DNA of 23,431 nt from a virus (taxonomy: Duplodnaviria > Heunggongvirae > Uroviricota > Caudoviricetes), in IMG/VR virus record IMGVR_UViG_2671180360_000002; one strand, written 5' to 3'. Made by a program: the position numbers and the translations under genes. Every line of letters starts with the position of its first letter. The stretch's first letter is position 1. The notes beneath the pieces were generated by a model, which was not told the DNA's origin, did no database searches, and worked only from the letters and a program-made list of their open reading frames with translations. Of this stretch, positions 18,469 to 23,431 are shown piece by piece.

Positions 18469-20564
18469 GGATTATCTTCCGCACGCTCCGTCCGCAGTTT
18501 TTTCTTCCGGCGACGGCGTTTTTCTGCCCCGGCCGTCAGTTCCGGGGATACCGTTTCACCAGAACGCTCCTGCGGGAAGACGAGCCACGTTTCCCGCTGT
18601 GCCCAGTCCGGTGCGGAGGGCCAGCGGATCTTTTCGTAACCATGCAGAACGGCAAGCGCATCCGCATAAACCAGCAGGTCAAACGCCTCGTTAGCTCCCC
18701 TGCCCGGTTTTCGCCATTTTCCGTCACTGCCGCGCTCTTCATAGGTCAGCTCATCGTAAAACCATCGCCCCAGCCAGTCGGGAAAGTGGATATAGTTCGG
18801 CCCTGGTGTGTCACGCCACAGGGCATTATTTACACGGTCCTTAAACGCATCCGTCTGAACCAGCCACAGCGCGACATCGCCACTGGCTCTGGCACGGCGG
18901 GCACTTCTGCCGGTATTATCCGGGAAGGTACGGTTAATCAGCCTGTCACGGCGAAGTCCATCCCCCTTGAACAGAAACACCCTGTTGCCCAGTCCGTCAC
19001 TCCGGCAACGACGCCAGAAACGATAGGCGTTATCTGTCACCCCGGCTTCCCCTCCCGTATCCACCGCCATGGCCATCAGACGCATGCGCACATCCGGATC
19101 AGAAGCCAGCGGCCATGTTTTATGGAACACATCCGTCAGCAACAAATCCCAGTCCTCCGGATATGCCGCCGGATCAACCGGCAGACTTTCACCGTTGGGA
19201 CTGCAGCGCAGTGAATGCCGGATGTTATAGCGATCAACAATCCAGCGTTCCCCCTGCTCTCCGTATCCGGTGATCTGCACAACAAAACGGCGATTTTTAC
19301 CGCCCTGTACGTCAACCGTTGCCTCAATAAAACGCACACCATCCGGCACAGATCGCCGGGGAAACGGCTCGGCACGCTGTTCAAGCAGTTCACTTTTACG
19401 CTGTTCCGTGGCTGAACGGGGCAGATAGGGGCGTCCGATATCGGTGTTCACCACCGCTTTCAGGGTCTCTTCACTGCCGGTTCGCTCATACTCTTCTTCT
19501 GCCGCCAGCAGTTTAAAAATCAGTTGTTCCCAGGTCTGAAACGCCGCAGCCGGCCCCTCCATCCAGAATGACGCAATCCGGGAATTTCGTGGCGTTCCGG
19601 TGATACTGCCGTCCGCCACCGCCCGTTCACCTTCACGAAGCCAGATCCCTTTGTTATTCAGTTCGCGTTTCTGCTCAGGGGCAATCAGCCCGCGACAATG
19701 CGGACACATCAGACGGGCAGCCTGACCGGCAGCCACAAAATCCGGGTTATTCCGGTATCCGGTCATGTTATCCATCACCGGCTGAAAATATTCCCCGCAG
19801 TGCGGACACGGCCAGTACCACCGGCGGCGGTCTCCCCGGTTATACAGTGACAGGATCCCCGTTGTTGGCGGTGCCTCATGTGCGCCGCCACAGCGCCATT
19901 TGGTGTCAGTGATATCCCGCCCCGGCGAACTCTCGACCAGGGTCATCCCCGAGGACATAAAGGTGGTGGTACGCTTTGATGCCAGGGTGAAGGCATCCCC
20001 TTCCCCGTCCACGTTTTCAGGGAAACGGTCATAATCCGTCAGCGCCACACGACGGTAATCCGAAGAAGAAAATACAGTGATCGACGGCCAGCCAATCTTC
20101 AGGAAGGAGCCGTCAAGAAACATTTTATCGTGGACGTTGTTGTCATTACGGGAAGGACTGAGGCGCTTGCTGACCTCCGGACTGTGGCGAAACGTTCTGG
20201 AAAGACGCGTTCTGGAATGCTCACGCGCCTTCGTCTCAGTCATCTGCACCACCAGCATATCCGCCGGATCACAGATGATGCCGTACACAATCCAGCCATC
20301 AATCAGCCCTTCGGTTTTCCCGGTTCGCGCAGGTCCCACAAACACCACCGCGTCATATTCACGGGCTGATAATGTATTAATGGGGTCAATCATATAGGGC
20401 GTCAACGATGACTCCCACGGACCGGAAGTATTGGCTCCCCGTGGTACCCGCATATAACGCCTGATGGCTTCCGCTACTGGTAACCGGCTGGGTGGGCGAA
20501 ACAGCGAGGCCACTTCGCGCCAGATATCGGATGCGCGGCTATGGCTCTCGTTCACCTGATTCAC
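18441..20564 (-). CDS. Terminase large subunit (GpA family)
   Basis: A 707-aa ORF. It starts at GTG 20564-20562, the first start codon after in-frame stops, overlapping the small-subunit stop (ATGTGA). A Walker-A-like motif VFVGPARTGKTE is present. Position after the small terminase gene fits. Confidence 0.9.
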   Translation of the reverse strand: MNQVNESHSRASDIWREVASLFRPPSRLPVAEAIRRYMRVPRGANTSGPWESSLTPYMIDPINTLSAREYDAVVFVGPARTGKTEGLIDGWIVYGIICDPADMLVVQMTETKAREHSRTRLSRTFRHSPEVSKRLSPSRNDNNVHDKMFLDGSFLKIGWPSITVFSSSDYRRVALTDYDRFPENVDGEGDAFTLASKRTTTFMSSGMTLVESSPGRDITDTKWRCGGAHEAPPTTGILSLYNRGDRRRWYWPCPHCGEYFQPVMDNMTGYRNNPDFVAAGQAARLMCPHCRGLIAPEQKRELNNKGIWLREGERAVADGSITGTPRNSRIASFWMEGPAAAFQTWEQLIFKLLAAEEEYERTGSEETLKAVVNTDIGRPYLPRSATEQRKSELLEQRAEPFPRRSVPDGVRFIEATVDVQGGKNRRFVVQITGYGEQGERWIVDRYNIRHSLRCSPNGESLPVDPAAYPEDWDLLLTDVFHKTWPLASDPDVRMRLMAMAVDTGGEAGVTDNAYRFWRRCRSDGLGNRVFLFKGDGLRRDRLINRTFPDNTGRSARRARASGDVALWLVQTDAFKDRVNNALWRDTPGPNYIHFPDWLGRWFYDELTYEERGSDGKWRKPGRGANEAFDLLVYADALAVLHGYEKIRWPSAPDWAQRETWLVFPQERSGETVSPELTAGAEKRRRRKKKLRTERAEDNPWITSGGWL

Positions 20565-21037
20565 ATATCGGCCTCATCACAACAGTCAATGACTGCCTTT
20601 TCCAGTGTATCGCGGATCTCATCAACCACAATCTGTACTTCATTCAGTTGTGATGCGGTCCACCCCCTGTCCCTCTCCAGCCGGTCAGGCCAGGTTTCCA
20701 GTACCTGAACTATCGCTTTCACCACGACAGAAAAGGACCGCCTGACATCACTGACTGGCACAAGCTGAACAGTTTCATGCTGAAATTTAAGACGCTCGCG
20801 CTCGGACTGATACCATGCCTTCCGATCATGTGGGTTCATCTCTTCATCTTCGGAAGCCGGTGGTTTTTCCAGCAACGAAATAATCAAATCCGTCAGGAGA
20901 TACATTTTTTTCTTTTCATTACTGCCTGGTGCAAGAGGAACATCCGCCATTCTGGCGGCAACAGTCTGCCGGTGCAGACCTGAAAGGGCTGCCAGTTGAT
21001 TAATATTTAACTTCATATTTTTCAGCTCGCCGTCCAT
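20561..21037 (-). CDS. Terminase small subunit (Nu1-like, HTH DNA-binding)
   Basis: A 158-aa ORF with ATG at 21037 preceded by GGAGGG and a 6-nt spacer. The N-terminal segment NINQLAALSGLHRQTVAARMA looks like a helix-turn-helix. It lies immediately upstream of the large terminase gene and about 200 bp downstream of the putative cosN. Confidence 0.8.
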   Translation of the reverse strand: MDGELKNMKLNINQLAALSGLHRQTVAARMADVPLAPGSNEKKKMYLLTDLIISLLEKPPASEDEEMNPHDRKAWYQSERERLKFQHETVQLVPVSDVRRSFSVVVKAIVQVLETWPDRLERDRGWTASQLNEVQIVVDEIRDTLEKAVIDCCDEADM

Positions 21038-21039
21038 TC

Positions 21040-21300
21040 ACATCCCTCCACATAAACCGCTGAACAAAAGTGGCTCTTTTTTTGTAAAGAAATGCCGCCA
21101 TATAAAGATGTCGAACAAAAATCAACCACAATCATCATCTTTTTAATGTTAAACACATTAAAAACAACAAGTTATGCTAATGATGATGATGACGATAAAA
21201 TCACAAAAATGCGCCTTTTTCCGCGCCGTCCGCCCCGTGTTCAGGCCCACCCCACCAGGAGGACCCGCAAAAATGATAATGGTTATCATTTTCAATGTAG
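21040..21300 (-). other. Putative cos region (cosN-like G-rich motif, candidate terminase-binding repeats, AT-rich segment)
   Basis: A non-coding region between Rz and the small terminase gene. The minus strand reads ACGGGGCGGACGGCGCGG (plus 21221-21238), whose first nine bases match the lambda cos junction ACGGGGCGG..., about 190-200 bp upstream of the small terminase start, as in lambda. Inverted ATCATCATC / GATGATGAT copies lie at 21131-21139 and 21182-21190. Confidence 0.45.
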
Positions 21301-21489
21301 TCCGGTTTCTTCCACCATCGCACCGGACAGGCGACTATGAGGGGACAACGCCGCGCTCCGTTAACGCGGTAAACCCCGGTGTGTATCGTTTTTGATTATC
21401 CCCGCACACTCGCGCAGAGGAGTCTCCCTGTCGGGCTGCGGTCTCTGTTAATGAGGGAATACAGCGACGATACGGCGCATCAACAAAAC

Positions 21490-21957
21490 TTATTTCAGGC
21501 ACTGAGTACGGATATATTCCTGCGCCCCTTCCAGTTGCTTGTGCATCGTCATCAGCCGCTCTCTGAGGGTGAAATAATCCCGTTCAGCGGTGTCTGCCAG
21601 TCGGGGGCCGGTTGCATTATCCACGCGGGCGGTGCCGGTGGCTTCACGCACGGGACCTGGACAGGTGGCGTTGATACGCAGGCGCTTACGACCAGCGGCA
21701 ACGTCAGCGCGAAGAGTTTCATTTTCAGCTCTCGCATCGGCTAATTCCCTCGAGTATTTTGCATCGAGCGCAGCAACATCACGCTGACGCATCTGCATGT
21801 CAGTAATTGCCGCGTTCGCCAGCTTCAGTTCTCTGACATTTTTGTCGCGCTGGGCTTTGTAGGTAATGGCGTTATCACGGTAATGATTCAGCCCCAGACT
21901 AAGCGCACCACAGGCCACCAGCATGACAATAATCACCACACACAGAACACGGTTCAT
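21490..21957 (-). CDS. Rz: Rz i-spanin
   Basis: From ATG 21957-21955: [68 protein letters not shown]..., a strong match to lambda Rz as recalled. The track ORF extends upstream from a GTG; the ATG is preferred. Confidence 0.93.
   Translation of the reverse strand: MNRVLCVVIIVMLVACGALSLGLNHYRDNAITYKAQRDKNVRELKLANAAITDMQMRQRDVAALDAKYSRELADARAENETLRADVAAGRKRLRINATCPGPVREATGTARVDNATGPRLADTAERDYFTLRERLMTMHKQLEGAQEYIRTQCLK
21552..21737 (-). CDS. Rz1: Rz1 o-spanin (lipoprotein, embedded in Rz in the +1 frame)
   Basis: The 61-aa translation [61 protein letters not shown] has a lipobox VSAC and a Pro-rich body, matching lambda Rz1 as recalled. It is fully embedded within Rz. Confidence 0.9.
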   Translation of the reverse strand: MRELKMKLFALTLPLVVSACVSTPPVQVPCVKPPAPPAWIMQPAPDWQTPLNGIISPSESG

Positions 21958-22056
21958 ATCACCACCAACGGATTGCCCAGACCAGAACAGCAATGGCCAC
22001 AATACGAATGGCAAATGCCATTGCCCGAATAAGTTCAGCACTCATCTTTTTAAAGT

Positions 22057-22328
22057 TCACGATTTCAGCGCAATGACCAGTTTTGCCAGCCCATATAGCA
22101 TCGGAGACACAGCAATACCAACAGCCACCCACTTAATAGCAAAAGCCACCCACTTAATAGCAAAAGCCAGCGCTCTGCTGATGTCATCAGTCACTGTCAC
22201 CCCAGCAGCCCCGACGAAGACAACATCACCCAGGCGAGGGACAGAAAAAGAGCAACCAGCATTAGTGAAAATGAAATACCGACAATCACACACAGGACCT
22301 TTGCCGGCGTTATGAGTTTGTCTGACAT
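22057..22328 (-). pseudogene. Small two-TMD membrane protein gene with an apparent frameshift (43-aa N-terminal ORF plus an out-of-frame C-terminal extension)
   Basis: ATG at 22328-22326, preceded by AAGGGG, encodes MSDKLITPAKVLCVIVGISFSLMLVALFLSLAWVMLSSSGLLG, stopping at TGA 22199-22197 inside a G-run. The overlapping +1 frame continues ...VTVTDDISRALAFAIKWVAFAIKWVAVGIAVSPMLYGLAKLVIALKS to TGA 22059-22057. One extra G in the run would join them into an approximately 90-aa protein. Confidence 0.35.
22124..22170. repeat. 21-bp perfect tandem duplication (about 2.2 copies) inside the small membrane ORF
   Basis: GCCACCCACTTAATAGCAAAA occurs at 22124-22144 and again at 22145-22165, followed by a partial GCCAG. 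In the minus-strand reading frame this duplicates the heptapeptide AFAIKWV. Confidence 0.9.
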
Positions 22329-22330
22329 AG

Positions 22331-22426
22331 CTACCCCTTAATTGCCACAATTAACTGGGATACTACCCATAAAAAAGGGATGCTCCAGACCAGCAAAAAT
22401 TTCCAGTTTGGTAATTGACTAATCAT
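22331..22426 (-). CDS. Possible 31-aa hydrophobic peptide ORF
   Basis: ATG at 22426-22424, preceded by GGGAG with a 9-nt spacer, encodes MISQLPNWKFLLVWSIPFLWVVSQLIVAIKG and stops at TAG 2 nt before the next ATG. It is very short and unverified. Confidence 0.2.
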   Translation of the reverse strand: MISQLPNWKFLLVWSIPFLWVVSQLIVAIKG

Positions 22427-22493
22427 GAGTCGCAACTCCCTAATCAGTTTGCTAAAATCAATCAAGGCAGCCTCCCATAGCTTACTGCCATAA

Positions 22494-22534
22494 AAACAAA
22501 ACCCCGCTTGCTGCCAACAAACGGGGTTTTTACT
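22494..22534. terminator. Bidirectional rho-independent terminator-like hairpin downstream of the endolysin gene
   Basis: AAAACCCCG...CGGGGTTTT stem (22498-22506 pairing with 22522-22530) with T-rich tracts on both strands (plus TTTTTACTTTTATT; minus TTTTGTTTTTATGG). It lies about 90 nt after the endolysin stop. Confidence 0.5.
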
Positions 22535-22620
22535 TTTATTCACTTACGTTTCGCCAGTTCGCAGGATTTCGTGTTATCCGCCCGCGTGGCCATGCCTTAT
22601 TTTTCAGCAAAATATTCTGC

Positions 22621-23154
22621 TTATCTGTCGATACCCCAGCACGCCAGCGCGCTCTCCTGGTCACGACGGGATACCTGACCGTAGCAGTTGTTTGAACGAA
22701 TACGGCAGTCTCTGCCACCGTCCTTAATCCACCAGCGAATCGCCTCACACGCTCCCCTGCGATCACCTGCATTAATTCGTTTATAAAACGTCGACGGGAA
22801 ACACTTACCGGGACCAATGTTGTACGGACAGAATGACGCGATCCCCGCTTTCTGGGGTTCGCTCAATGGCACTTTGATGTTTTTCTCCACCCATGCCAGC
22901 GCCTTATCACGCTCAATGGCGTTGACCTGGTCGCATTTTTCCTTCGACAGTTTCATACCGGGAAAAACGGGTTTTCCATCCACCATCGTGGCCCCCCGAC
23001 AGATGGTCCAGATGCCGGAACCATCGCGGTATGCCGTAGTGTGGTTACCCTCTTTTTCATCCAGAAACTGGTCGAGAATATCAGGCGCGGGCGCACCGAC
23101 GGCAATCAGTGCCAGAACGGCAGCCGACAGGCCGTATCTGATTTTTGCGTTCAT
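22621..23154 (-). CDS. R: Endolysin, T4-lysozyme-like with N-terminal signal-anchor-release (SAR) segment
   Basis: The 177-aa translation MNAKIRYGLSAAVLALIAVGAPAPDILDQFLDEKEGNHTTAYRDGSGIWTICRGATMVDG... has a weakly hydrophobic Gly/Ala-rich N-terminus (SAR-like) followed by a lysozyme-type catalytic region (E...D...T spacing). It lies upstream of Rz/Rz1. Confidence 0.88.
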   Translation of the reverse strand: MNAKIRYGLSAAVLALIAVGAPAPDILDQFLDEKEGNHTTAYRDGSGIWTICRGATMVDGKPVFPGMKLSKEKCDQVNAIERDKALAWVEKNIKVPLSEPQKAGIASFCPYNIGPGKCFPSTFYKRINAGDRRGACEAIRWWIKDGGRDCRIRSNNCYGQVSRRDQESALACWGIDR

Positions 23155-23217
23155 GGATATTTATCAGGATTTATCGGTTTCTGCCCACGGACAGGTTTAT
23201 CTGTTCTGGTCAGTGAC

Positions 23218-23431
23218 TTAAGGTTGTGATTCCGGAGGAGTCTTCAGAGAACCAGTAATTCTTCCTGGTAGCTTTCCTTTGTAGGTTATCCACACATTCT
23301 GCGCCTCTAAAATTACGGGGCACTTTTCCGGCGACTGCTCATCCCCTTCACATAACCCGGCAGCAACATCCAGGAAGACCTGTCTGATGCTCCTTCTGGC
23401 TGCTGCCTCATAAAACTCCAGCGCGGCACCT
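23218..23431 (-). CDS. Partial ORF (3' end only; start beyond the window), soluble hypothetical protein upstream of the endolysin
   Basis: An open frame runs in from the window edge and ends at TAA 23220-23218: ...GAALEFYEAAARRSIRQVFLDVAAGLCEGDEQSPEKCPVILEAQNVWITYKGKLPGRITGSLKTPPESQP. It has no transmembrane character, so it is not a holin. Confidence 0.4.
   Translation of the reverse strand, partial: GAALEFYEAAARRSIRQVFLDVAAGLCEGDEQSPEKCPVILEAQNVWITYKGKLPGRITGSLKTPPESQP

Larger units (their letters stand above)
1..23431 (-). mobile_element. Lambdoid prophage/phage late region: lysis cassette, cos, packaging, head and tail modules
   Basis: Gene order on the minus strand (R, Rz/Rz1, cos, Nu1-like, A-like, W, portal, protease-capsid, Z U V G T H M L K I J lom stf) is collinear with the phage lambda late operon. 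Many translated ORFs closely match lambda proteins as recalled. No host housekeeping genes are seen. Confidence 0.9.

Noticed and set aside
21092-21340. Plus-strand ORF of 82 aa with a poly-Asp run in the putative cos region
   Set aside because: The poly-Asp comes from the GATGATGAT repeat. There is no SD, and the region is better explained as a non-coding cos segment.
21957-22041. Upstream extension of the Rz ORF (track start 22041, [10 protein letters not shown]...)
   Set aside because: The extension begins at a GTG and is not part of Rz. Rz by comparison with lambda begins at ATG 21957 (MNRVLCVV...). The extension overlaps the small hydrophobic ORFs, which are reported separately.
22124-22170. 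Possible CRISPR array
   Set aside because: There are only about 2.2 directly abutting copies of a 21-bp unit with no spacers, and they lie inside a coding frame. This is a tandem duplication, not a CRISPR array.
21923-22315. Plus-strand ORF of 130 aa containing the tandem repeat
   Set aside because: It overlaps the Rz start and the minus-strand hydrophobic ORFs. The translation is low-complexity and all neighbouring genes are on the minus strand.
22331-22543. 70-aa minus-strand ORF (GTG start) downstream of the endolysin
   Set aside because: Its 5' part spans the terminator hairpin and AT-rich intergenic DNA and starts at a GTG without an SD. Only the distal ATG-initiated 31-aa portion with a GGGAG SD was kept, at low confidence.
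1-23431. Integrase, attachment site, tRNA or immunity-region genes
   Set aside because: None are visible. The window covers only the late region, so prophage boundaries cannot be assessed from this sequence.

Overview
The whole window reads as the late region of a lambdoid (lambda-like) prophage or phage, with every supported gene on the minus strand. Reading from high to low coordinates the order is: a partial soluble ORF, a SAR-type endolysin, a low-GC insertion with small hydrophobic ORFs, Rz/Rz1 spanins, a putative cos region, small and large terminase subunits, W, portal, a ClpP-protease/scaffold/major-capsid fusion gene, two small head-completion ORFs, then a tail module collinear with lambda (Z, U, V, G/G-T with the GGGAAAG slippery site, H, M, L, K, I, J, lom, stf). 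The tail genes match lambda proteins as I recall them, whereas the head and packaging genes are clearly a different family, so the region is mosaic. The most interesting signals are three moron-like insertions with unassigned function: a lipoprotein gene between I and J, a cluster of small membrane ORFs (with an apparent frameshift and a 21-bp tandem duplication) between endolysin and Rz, and an 89-aa ORF coupled to a collagen-like side tail fibre. Also notable are the absence of a holin directly upstream of the endolysin and a Fur-box-like palindrome beside the putative cosN. No tRNA, rRNA, CRISPR array, integrase or att site was found. All protein matches are from reading the translations and from memory of lambda proteins; no database search was run.
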